From Microcoleus sp. (GTDB lineage Bacteria > Cyanobacteriota > Cyanobacteriia > Cyanobacteriales > Microcoleaceae): a stretch of DNA of 64,000 nt. Below the pieces are notes generated by a model. The model did not search any database and was not told where the DNA came from. It saw only the letters and a program-made list of their open reading frames with translations. The first letter of the stretch is position 1, and each line of letters starts with the position of its first letter. The DNA is taken from assembly GCA_052279835.1 (NCBI GenBank), contig CP181291.1:1728001-1792000 (forward strand), read 5' to 3'. This document shows positions 53,088-61,378 of this stretch, piece after piece. A program made the translations under genes and the position numbers.

Positions 53088-53203
53088 AATTTTTAATTCA
53101 TCCCAGAGGGAAGAGAGCTTCTTATGGTTATGATGAGCGGCAAACAAAAATCTCGGTCAATCAGTAAATCTGAGAGTCTTGACTCACAAAGCATCGAATT
53201 TGA

Positions 53204-53224
53204 ATGGGGGTGGAGGGACTTGAA
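53204..53224 (-). repeat. att core: duplicated 3' end of tRNA-Leu
   Basis: Identical to 61378-61398. Confidence 0.92.
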
Positions 53225-53381
53225 TTAGCGCATTGTTTTGAATCTACGATTTTGCGTCGTTCCAGCTCTTTTTTTTGACTCACCGCGAAAGTCCTGTTTT
53301 ACATTTGAGCGAAAACTAAGTAGCTTGCTGTACGCTGGATACAGCGAGCAAACTCAACACTGTTAGAGGATTGAGCGAAAA

Positions 53382-54818
53382 ATGAGCGAGAAATCTAATT
53401 CAGTCACAGCAAGCACCTCAGTCGATTACCTAATCGGCTACGAGAGAATTCTCGACTACTTTAAACAAGCACAGAAAGAATGCCCCAAAGGGGTAGGGCT
53501 AAAGAAGGATAGCAAGGCTAAAGGGTCTTACATCACCCTCCAGTTCAAACTAGGTGACAAGCGGGTCAACAAAACCTGTGGATGCTACCTGACGATGCAA
53601 GGCATTACTGATGCTCTGAGGAAAGCTCACCTAGTCGCTAGCGCACTAGAATCGTTCTCTAGTGAGACTCAGTTCTTAAGCTGGTACGATGACGTAATCT
53701 TGGACAAAAACGTCGTCAAAAATGATTTGATTACGTTCCGTGATGCCATCGAAAAAGTAGAGACAGAATACTGGGATGGACGTACTAAACGCCGTCAGCA
53801 GCGTGACAGGAGTAGCATTAGTCAGCAGTATTCTTGGAGGTGTGTCTATGGTGACTATTTCAAGTTATTGCCAGAGGATAGGATTGTAAACATCGTAGAT
53901 ATTCTGTCAGTGGTCAACAGTAAGAAACAAGGGACTAAATGTTTCAAGAACTGCTTGTGCGCTATGCGGAAGCTAGCCGAGACTATTGGCAATACCGACT
54001 TACTGATTCGGCTCAAAGAGATTGACAGTACGCAAACAGAATTTCGTGAAGACCTTCAAACCTTATCGATTAATGAGTTCTTGAAACTTCATGATGACGT
54101 ATTAAATGTCCCCGATGGTGATAAACGCTATAATTTGGAGTCACGTAAGCGATGGTTGTGGGTATTCTCGATGCAAGTAGTGTATGGCTTCCGGGTTCAC
54201 GAAGTCTTTGCCGTTCAGAATATTGACAAACCATTCAAGACAAAAGATGGTGTTATCATTCCTCCGTTGACTGAGCCAAGCAATAAAAAAATGATTGCTG
54301 TAGTTGGTGATAAAACACTATTTAATACCACCACCAAAACTGGCTACCGATTGTGTGTACCAATGCTTCCTCCTACTCACCTTGACTTAATAGAGTGTCT
54401 AGAAATTAGGTCGGGCAAATTACCTAAAATCTATTCAAATTCAAAGAATCCAAAGGTAATTGTTGGCGTATACAATGACCGTGCAAGGAGAGCTTTAGAA
54501 AGATGGAACAAAGGTTTTACTCAGTCTCATGCACTACGCCACCTAGCTAATCTGAACGGTCAAATGGCAGGGATGTCTCAAGAAACTAGAGCTAAAAGTT
54601 TAGGTCATTCAACTCAGATGAATGAAGGGACTTACAAAAAACGAGCCAATACTGAAACAACAATTAATTTGCTCACTCAATCCACCAAGGAAGCTATTCC
54701 TTTAGGTAGCGCAATTGAGGTGCTTAAACAGTTAGGTAGTGATGTGAAAAATGTCAAACTGCTAGCCGCTATTTACGGCCTTACGCCCGATGAAGTGATG
54801 GAATTACTCACCGAATAA
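53382..54818 (+). CDS. Tyrosine recombinase/integrase
   Basis: YGFRVHE (R), TKTG (K), HALRH (HxxR), LGHS (H), EGTY (Y); lies next to att. Confidence 0.85.
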   Translation: MSEKSNSVTASTSVDYLIGYERILDYFKQAQKECPKGVGLKKDSKAKGSYITLQFKLGDKRVNKTCGCYLTMQGITDALRKAHLVASALESFSSETQFLSWYDDVILDKNVVKNDLITFRDAIEKVETEYWDGRTKRRQQRDRSSISQQYSWRCVYGDYFKLLPEDRIVNIVDILSVVNSKKQGTKCFKNCLCAMRKLAETIGNTDLLIRLKEIDSTQTEFREDLQTLSINEFLKLHDDVLNVPDGDKRYNLESRKRWLWVFSMQVVYGFRVHEVFAVQNIDKPFKTKDGVIIPPLTEPSNKKMIAVVGDKTLFNTTTKTGYRLCVPMLPPTHLDLIECLEIRSGKLPKIYSNSKNPKVIVGVYNDRARRALERWNKGFTQSHALRHLANLNGQMAGMSQETRAKSLGHSTQMNEGTYKKRANTETTINLLTQSTKEAIPLGSAIEVLKQLGSDVKNVKLLAAIYGLTPDEVMELLTE

Positions 54819-55047
54819 TTTGAAACAAAACTTTACAGTCCCTCTGTTGACAAGGGGCTGTGAATCTGCAATCGTGAGTAACTAAGGAAGATTTGATACG
54901 CGCGGTTAACCCGGTGCTGGAAACACCAGATTAACTACGACTTCCCCAAACCGTTCACAAACAACGTTTGGAGCTAAATCATTATGCCTATTTTCAGGCG
55001 GTTGACTTCGTTGTCGATCGCAATTCTTAAAGGTTGTGGGGTTTTAC

Positions 55048-55422
55048 ATGAGTAATCAACCCCTAGTTAACCGTCGCCGTATTGACCATCTAAAGGACAT
55101 CGCCTACGGTTGCAACCTGACTAATGAACAGGCAAAAGTATTCGGGAAACTTTCCAAAACCTCAACTTGGGAAGCACTTCTACAATCTCACAACCTAGAG
55201 TACGAACCGAAACCTACTGAGATATCACACAACATAGTAGCGACTGCTTCCCAGGAATCTAGCCATCAAATTAACTTCTTTGAATGGGTAGATTTTGGGC
55301 AACTAATCACCCTCACCCTTGCCAGCGTGGGACTGTTTGTGATGCTGATGACCCTGTGGCCACGAACTCTAAACCTGATACCCCGTCCAGTCAAAATCAC
55401 CATTCAAATAGGAGCAAAGTAA
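55048..55422 (+). CDS. Hypothetical protein with a C-terminal TM helix
   Basis: ORF; LITLTLASVGLFVMLMTLW. Confidence 0.7.
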   Translation: MSNQPLVNRRRIDHLKDIAYGCNLTNEQAKVFGKLSKTSTWEALLQSHNLEYEPKPTEISHNIVATASQESSHQINFFEWVDFGQLITLTLASVGLFVMLMTLWPRTLNLIPRPVKITIQIGAK

Positions 55423-55929
55423 ATGGGACGCATGAACAAAATGTTTAAGAACGAAACATCTAGTGGCGGTCTAGTACATGAAGGAGGTCACAGGATAGAC
55501 AAATCTGTAGTCATGGCTGCTACCAGTGCCGATGCCATCAGCCCTTTGAATCCTGGTAAATTCACCGCAGCCGACCGCAGCATACCCATCATTGAGAAAC
55601 CCCGCTACTTCACAGAAGAAGAAGCCGATGCGATGAAGGGACTAGCCAAAGAAAAGACTGAAGGTGCACGTCACGCAAAACGAGCCTATGAAGCTGCGGG
55701 CAAGATTGAAGAAGCCGATGCCAAAGTCCATAAACACCACCGCAAATATGAGGGTGTCGTTGCCGACAACGAACTCGTAAAAAAGCGCGCTGATGCCCGA
55801 CTCGGCAAACACCTGCACGGACTACGCCCCGCCTATGCCCGACTGGGTATGAGTCTTGACCAGGCTGCGAGTAATGCCGATACCCGTATCGGTGAAATCA
55901 AGGCGAAATTGCAAGGGGTAAAAGGATGA
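55423..55929 (+). CDS. Hypothetical helical/coiled-coil protein
   Basis: GGAG RBS; abuts the upstream stop codon. Confidence 0.75.
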   Translation: MGRMNKMFKNETSSGGLVHEGGHRIDKSVVMAATSADAISPLNPGKFTAADRSIPIIEKPRYFTEEEADAMKGLAKEKTEGARHAKRAYEAAGKIEEADAKVHKHHRKYEGVVADNELVKKRADARLGKHLHGLRPAYARLGMSLDQAASNADTRIGEIKAKLQGVKG

Positions 55930-56195
55930 CAAAGGCGATCGCAATGCTCAACGATTTTTTGATGCTTGCGATTGCCTCCAGCTTTTTATGCTGGGTGGCG
56001 TCGCTACATCCACAAGCTCTAGCTCTAGTCCGAGCCGTGTACGTGGTTTTTGCCTTACTCTGGATGCTGAGTTGGATGCTTGACGATTGGTTAGTCATGA
56101 GGCTGCGAATCAATATTCTTACCTTGCAGGGAGTGCTGGTTTTAGGCTTGGCTGCATCTGTAATTGGTTTGGGGGTGATGCTATGTCGGTCTTAA
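55926..56195 (+). CDS. Small membrane protein (about 3 TM helices)
   Basis: ATGA overlap with the upstream gene; hydrophobic throughout. Confidence 0.7.
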   Translation: MTKAIAMLNDFLMLAIASSFLCWVASLHPQALALVRAVYVVFALLWMLSWMLDDWLVMRLRINILTLQGVLVLGLAASVIGLGVMLCRS

Positions 56196-56737
56196 AAATA
56201 TCAGCCCTAACTTGCTCAGGCTTCATCCTCTGGCTAGCACCGCCGTTCATCCTCAGTCGTAAAATTCCTTTGCACAACATGACCACAGGTTTAGCCTTGA
56301 TAGGGAGTTTTGCTTGCTGCTTTGAAGCCCGTAGAGTTGCACTTAAACTTAGCAAGGCTGAAGATTTTGAGGCGATGAAGGAAGCCGTCATCGTGGCTGA
56401 TACCGAGGATGAGTTGGCAACAAGTGCCTATATCTCCGAGCAGCAACGACGGATAGAGGCTGAATCTATCCTCAATGCGGGTTCTGAAGACGTTGAACAT
56501 CTAGAACGTGCCCTAGCACTGACTTGTACAGACGATGCTGAGTTGAGTTCTGAACGTTCAAATCAACTAGCTCAGAACGATGATTCTGAACGCCTAGAAC
56601 GGATTCTAGAGTTGCAGGCTAAAGGCTACGGCAAGGCGAAAATCATCTTTGAGGTGTGGGGCATATCCAAAGGTGGTAGTCCCAAATACAAGGCTGCTGA
56701 GGCTGAGTATAAGCGCTTAGTTGGTGAGGAGGCATAG
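56183..56737 (+). CDS. Membrane-anchored protein with a C-terminal helix-turn-helix-like domain
   Basis: ATG at 56183; two hydrophobic segments, acidic linker, GYGKAKIIFEVWGISKGGSPKY. Confidence 0.7.
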   Translation: MSVLKISALTCSGFILWLAPPFILSRKIPLHNMTTGLALIGSFACCFEARRVALKLSKAEDFEAMKEAVIVADTEDELATSAYISEQQRRIEAESILNAGSEDVEHLERALALTCTDDAELSSERSNQLAQNDDSERLERILELQAKGYGKAKIIFEVWGISKGGSPKYKAAEAEYKRLVGEEA

Positions 56738-56775
56738 CACACAATCGGGAAAGAAGTAGATCGATCGCGCAAGTT

Positions 56776-57188
56776 TGCAGAAACCCATAGGGTTTCCGTA
56801 GCTTGTTCACTGCTTCTTCCCTGCACATCGACAGCGTGGCTTTGTGGAACCCTATAGGGTTCTGCGCTATATTTACTGCTTCTTCCCCGTGCTGTGATTG
56901 CATGGTCGCAGCAGCGACGAACCCTTGCTATACAAGCCTCCCTACGGCGGAAACTGATATGGGTTTCCGTAAATAATCCGTTATAACTCGCAATACGAGA
57001 TTTAGGCAGTTCCAGGGCATCTCTACGGCACAAACCACTATAAGTTTGTGTAAATACGAGATTATACCAAGCTATACCAGATTACCCCCAACGCGCCCTA
57101 TATTCTACGTGCATAGAGAAAGGCGAAACCTATAGGTTTGTAATTTAATGCGTCTTAATAAATTACGGAACCTCAAACGGTTTCCCGT
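56776..57188 (+). other. Non-coding array of related hairpins (candidate ssDNA origin/oriT or structured RNA)
   Basis: Six AAAC(C)/(G)GTTT-type stems, five with ATA/TATA-containing loops; compensatory changes between copies. Confidence 0.6.
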
Positions 57189-57246
57189 GTTAACCAATTG
57201 CATCAAAATCTGTACTCAAACCCTATTCATCACCTAAAATAATCAC

Positions 57247-57525
57247 ATGAACAATCGCCCACTAACACCACGAGAAATTTCAGAAGAGCGCCGACTGTGG
57301 CGTCGGTGGTTGCGTTGGTTCGTCAGGCATCATCCTAGATTCAATCTTGCAAGAATTTGCGGACTCATCACGGAATATCTTGATTGGTACAGCCTTCAGG
57401 CACTGGCAAAATATTTAGAGCTTCTGACTCAGATTTTAAGAAATCTACTTGTCGCTTCTAAATTCTGCAATGGCTTAATCGGTGTCAGCCTCACTGACAG
57501 CCTACCCGCACCCGCAATCAACTAG
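57247..57525 (+). CDS. Small hypothetical protein (Arg/Trp-rich N-terminus)
   Basis: ORF only. Confidence 0.4.
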   Translation: MNNRPLTPREISEERRLWRRWLRWFVRHHPRFNLARICGLITEYLDWYSLQALAKYLELLTQILRNLLVASKFCNGLIGVSLTDSLPAPAIN

Positions 57526-57659
57526 CGGGCGGTACCTTCTATGCTCTGAAATTCTCAAAAAAATTAAACACCAAAAAACCGCTGCTTTCAATTGGTACCT
57601 GACAACAACGGTTTTGAGGATATCCACATTCAGTTCATCTTAGGGATGAGCCAAGTTTC

Positions 57660-60506
57660 ATGTACGACAATAATAACTCGATCGACACTCAAATTTCAAG
57701 CAATCGTGGAAATCTTGTCCGCGCAACCAAAGGAAATCAGTGCCCGCACTGTAACAAAACTGATTGGTGCTACTTCATCGGTGAGTTGTCAGTCTGCAAC
57801 CGTGACCAACCGCCCGCTACTGGTTGGGAAGCTACAAGCAAGACAGACAAAGACGGTCACTACTTTTACGCCCGTCCTCAAGAAAAGAAAGCAATTCGGC
57901 CACGGCAAACCCGTTATTGGACTTACTCCGACAGAGCGGGTAATCCACTTGTGCGAGTTGTGCGATTTGACGATGGAGAAGGTAGCAAGGCTAACTGGAC
58001 TCAACAGAGCTGGGGTAAGTGCAAGAGTTCTCGACAAACTGGTTGGATAGGAGGGACTGAAGGGATTGAGCGTGAGAATATCCCGATTTACCGCTACGCC
58101 GATGTCAAAAAGGCGATCGCAAATAATGAACTAATTTTCATCGTCGAGGGTGAGAGTTGTGCTGATATTTTGTGGGATTTAGGACTAGCTGCTACCTGCA
58201 ACATCGGCGGTTCCAAAAAGTGGCGTCCCTCTGACACAACTGACTTAGAGGGCGCGAAAGTTGTTATTTGTCCCGACCGAGACGAACCAGGAATCGAGCA
58301 CGCTAACCTATTGCACCAGGAATTCCCTGACGCTCTTTGGCTCTACGCCTATCCAGATTCACCAGCCTGGAACAACCTGCCAAAAAGTCAGGGATTAGAT
58401 ATCAAAGATTGGATGGATAGCTACAAAGTCACCCGCACCGATATTTTGGCTGCGGTGGGAGAGAAGAAGGAGACTCAACAAATACCAAAGGTTGACCGAC
58501 AGCTAAAACCCAAAGCCCTTGATTTTTCGGTTTTGAGTGCCGAAATCGACAAGCTACTAGCTGAAGACTTGAAACCGTCAGAACTCAGGGTCAAGCTTGC
58601 AGGATTGAGTCAAGAGTATCGCATCAGCCCACAAGAAGCTTTCAAGATTTATCAGGAGAAACAACACGAACAAGAACAAGAACAAGAACAAGAAAATACA
58701 GCAACAGAGGTTGCGCGTTTAATTGCCTCTAAGTCTGCGAGTCTAAAACTTTCAGAGATTCTGCCAGAAACGTTAGCAGAACCCATCGACCGTCTGGCAA
58801 AGATGTTGAATCTAAAACCAGAGTGCTATTTATTGGCACTACTAACCCAATGTGGCAGCTTGCTCAGGGCCGACACTAGCACGATGCTACACCCTCAAAC
58901 CAACTACCGAGTCAGGCCCAACTACTTTGGGGCGATAGTAGCCGAAAGTTCTCAAAAAAAGACTCCGATTTTACGGGCTATTGTCAGCGATCCAATGGAA
59001 AAGTTGCTTGATAAAGCTAGGAGTGACTTTGAAGGTGCTGAGGCAGTTTACGAAATCGCCATGAACGAGTGGAAAACAAGCAAGCGTGACGATAAAGGGC
59101 CTGCACCAACTCCACCTGTACGCAAGGTTTACAGCTTTACGAAACCAACGGGAGAAGGTATAGCAGCACAGGCTGGAAGGCTACCAGAACAAGGGATGTT
59201 GTACCTATGCGATGAACTTGCAGGGATGCTCAAATCTGTCAACCAGTATCGAGGTGGCAAAGGTTCCGACGAAGAAGATATGCTCGAATATTGGAGCGGG
59301 GGCGGGGCTATAGTTCTGCGAGTCAGTGGCATCACAGTCGATGTCCGAAACGTGTCTCTGTCAATCTTTGGGAATATTCAACCAAAAGTATTGGCGGGTT
59401 TTATTGGTGACGGCGATGACAATAACGGTAAATTTGCCCGATTCGACTTTGTGCAGCAACCTCTGGCCGCAACAGAGCTGTCACGAGACTCACTAAAAGT
59501 TGACTTAACTCCGATGTTGACGGTGCTCTACGAAAGGCTGGACACACTGTCATTGAATCAATTTGAGCTGGACGACGCTGCTTGCGATTTATTCATATCC
59601 TTTTACAACCACTGTGATGCCCAAAGAAGGAACCACCCAAAGCAAGGGATGAGGGCAATGTTAGGCAAGGCATCCGAGAAGGTTGGCAAGCTGGCTACAA
59701 TCATTCACTGCATTCACGCTGCACATCGCGGTGAGAAGGTTTCTAAGTACATATCTGTTGAGAGTGTCCGAGCTGCTATCAAGTTCACTCAATACACCAC
59801 AGAACAAGCCTTGAACATAAATCTTGAGGTAAGTGAGCCGTCCGCGCTTGCTCCAAACTTGGTCAAGATTATTTCACTGGCAGAGCGTAAAGGGGGGACT
59901 GTTTCGGCTCGTGACGTAAGTAAGGCTTTTGATTCAAAACACCGACCAACGGGTCAACAGATTCGAGAATGGTTTGGGGAATTAGCATCCATGAAGTACG
60001 GAGAGGTTACATCAAAAGGTCAAAGTATTTCATTTATTACCAATACCTTATCCCCAGTATCCCCAGTAGCCCAAAACCAAGACAGCGTAAGGATTCCAAG
60101 TGGGGATAACCCCTTATCCCCAGTATCCCCAGTATCCCCACTTATTAGTGATTTAGGTCATCAAAGTGGGGATAAGTGGGGATACAGTGGGGATAACCTT
60201 ATCCCCACCCTTGAATCCTTACCTAGTAAAGCTTTAGAGGTTAGTGGGGATACTGGGGATACGAAAACACCACCTTCAGAAATTTCACAACCCCTAATGC
60301 AGAGCTGTACTACACCAAAAGCCACCAAACTAGATTTGAAAATTGGTGACGCTGTTGTTGTCGCTTACAGTGATGTCTCAATGTACCGAGGTCAAAAAGG
60401 CCGGATTGTTACAGTGCGAAAATCAGAAGTCATTGTTTGGTTTGACAAGCTTGTGCATGGGGTAGAGAAAGCATTGTTCCCCTTGTCTGACATTCTGAGA
60501 ATCTAA
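57660..60506 (+). CDS. Replication protein: Zn finger, Toprim primase-like domain, DUF3987-like P-loop domain
   Basis: CPHC..WC..VC; IVEGESCAD and CPDRDEPG Toprim motifs; AESSQKKT and LCDELAG Walker-like motifs. Confidence 0.8.
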   Translation: MYDNNNSIDTQISSNRGNLVRATKGNQCPHCNKTDWCYFIGELSVCNRDQPPATGWEATSKTDKDGHYFYARPQEKKAIRPRQTRYWTYSDRAGNPLVRVVRFDDGEGSKANWTQQSWGKCKSSRQTGWIGGTEGIERENIPIYRYADVKKAIANNELIFIVEGESCADILWDLGLAATCNIGGSKKWRPSDTTDLEGAKVVICPDRDEPGIEHANLLHQEFPDALWLYAYPDSPAWNNLPKSQGLDIKDWMDSYKVTRTDILAAVGEKKETQQIPKVDRQLKPKALDFSVLSAEIDKLLAEDLKPSELRVKLAGLSQEYRISPQEAFKIYQEKQHEQEQEQEQENTATEVARLIASKSASLKLSEILPETLAEPIDRLAKMLNLKPECYLLALLTQCGSLLRADTSTMLHPQTNYRVRPNYFGAIVAESSQKKTPILRAIVSDPMEKLLDKARSDFEGAEAVYEIAMNEWKTSKRDDKGPAPTPPVRKVYSFTKPTGEGIAAQAGRLPEQGMLYLCDELAGMLKSVNQYRGGKGSDEEDMLEYWSGGGAIVLRVSGITVDVRNVSLSIFGNIQPKVLAGFIGDGDDNNGKFARFDFVQQPLAATELSRDSLKVDLTPMLTVLYERLDTLSLNQFELDDAACDLFISFYNHCDAQRRNHPKQGMRAMLGKASEKVGKLATIIHCIHAAHRGEKVSKYISVESVRAAIKFTQYTTEQALNINLEVSEPSALAPNLVKIISLAERKGGTVSARDVSKAFDSKHRPTGQQIREWFGELASMKYGEVTSKGQSISFITNTLSPVSPVAQNQDSVRIPSGDNPLSPVSPVSPLISDLGHQSGDKWGYSGDNLIPTLESLPSKALEVSGDTGDTKTPPSEISQPLMQSCTTPKATKLDLKIGDAVVVAYSDVSMYRGQKGRIVTVRKSEVIVWFDKLVHGVEKALFPLSDILRI
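60049..60261. repeat. Iteron cluster TATCCCCA/TGGGGATA inside the replicase gene (putative origin)
   Basis: 12 exact octamers, 6 in each orientation. Confidence 0.8.
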
Positions 60507-60574
60507 CTAGACATCTGCTGTTGCCTGACGGCTGACGGCTAGAATTATATCCCCTGACCTTGGGGGGATTTTCG

Positions 60575-60903
60575 TGTCTACAAGTTTTTGTAGACAATAT
60601 GTTGACAGTGTAGACAGTTATCAGTTAGTGTAGACAAATACTGTATACAGGTGTCTACAATGAGTCAAAGTCAAGTCGTATCGTTCAGAGCTTCCGGTCA
60701 CTTCCTAAACTGGATAGAAGCTCAGAGACTAGATAGTGAGTCTGTTAGCCAAGCTGCACAACGCATTCTCAAGGAAGTCTCAGGCACGTCTACAACAGTG
60801 TCTACACCAAGCGACACTAACGCGCTGTCTACACTGTCTACAAATTTGTCTACACAAAGCAATGATAGCGTCGTGTCTACAAACATTGTAGACATTGTAG
60901 ACA
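60575..60903. repeat. TGTCTACA/TGTAGACA repeat cluster
   Basis: 12 exact copies plus variants, upstream of and within ORF 60651-60983. Confidence 0.8.
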
Positions 60904-60983
60904 AGGCTGTAAGTTCAAGTCTTGACCCCGTGATGGAGCGGATGGCCACCATTGAGGAACGGCTGGGAAAATTGAGTGCCTGA
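60651..60983 (+). CDS. Small DNA-binding protein (ribbon-helix-helix-like N-terminus); 0-frame part of a candidate frameshifted gene
   Basis: QVVSFRAS...SVSQAAQRILKE; ends EERLGKLSA; start may be ATG 60660. Confidence 0.65.
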   Translation: MSTMSQSQVVSFRASGHFLNWIEAQRLDSESVSQAAQRILKEVSGTSTTVSTPSDTNALSTLSTNLSTQSNDSVVSTNIVDIVDKAVSSSLDPVMERMATIEERLGKLSA

Positions 60984-61011
60984 GTGACGGCAACGATGAA
61001 TCACTCAGGCA
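60965..61011 (+). promoter_or_regulatory. Candidate programmed -1 ribosomal frameshift signal
   Basis: G GGA AAA heptamer (60965-60971), 5-nt spacer, perfect 11-bp stem 60977-60987/61001-61011. Confidence 0.7.
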
Positions 61012-61294
61012 GGAATTGAAGGCGGCTAACAAGCAACTTGCAGAATGGGATAAGGAACTGAATCAGTTGCATGAGCGGAATGGTGACTTGGGTTTGGAAG
61101 TTCAGAATCTGAAGGAAGAACTTGCGACCGTGAGGTCCGATCGCACTGAAAGTAAAAACTCAGCTCCGGCAGTCGCAGAATTTCCAGAGGCTGCTGACTT
61201 ACTCAACAAACTCAAATCTCAGCGCAAAAAATCCAGGGCTGATTTGGGGGATATGGAAGCAGTTTTGGAAATACTCAGCTACCCAGAAGAGTAG
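60971..61294 (+). CDS. Coiled-coil extension in the -1 frame (includes track ORF 61016-61294)
   Basis: -1 frame is open from the slip site: IECLSDGNDESLRQELKAANKQ... Confidence 0.6.
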   Translation: MECLSDGNDESLRQELKAANKQLAEWDKELNQLHERNGDLGLEVQNLKEELATVRSDRTESKNSAPAVAEFPEAADLLNKLKSQRKKSRADLGDMEAVLEILSYPEE

Positions 61295-61378
61295 GACTGA
61301 GCGAAAGATGAGCGGAAAACCGAAATCTTGGTGAGACAATAAATCTGAAACCATTGACTAAGCAAGAATTAAACAGTA

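Noticed and set aside
56776..57188. Canonical CRISPR or tRNA array
   Set aside because: Repeats are too divergent, spacing is irregular (~40-100 bp) and there are no T-loop or acceptor stems; kept only as a hairpin array.
57592..58050. 152-aa alternative-frame ORF overlapping the replicase start
   Set aside because: No recognisable motifs; the replicase frame carries the Zn finger.
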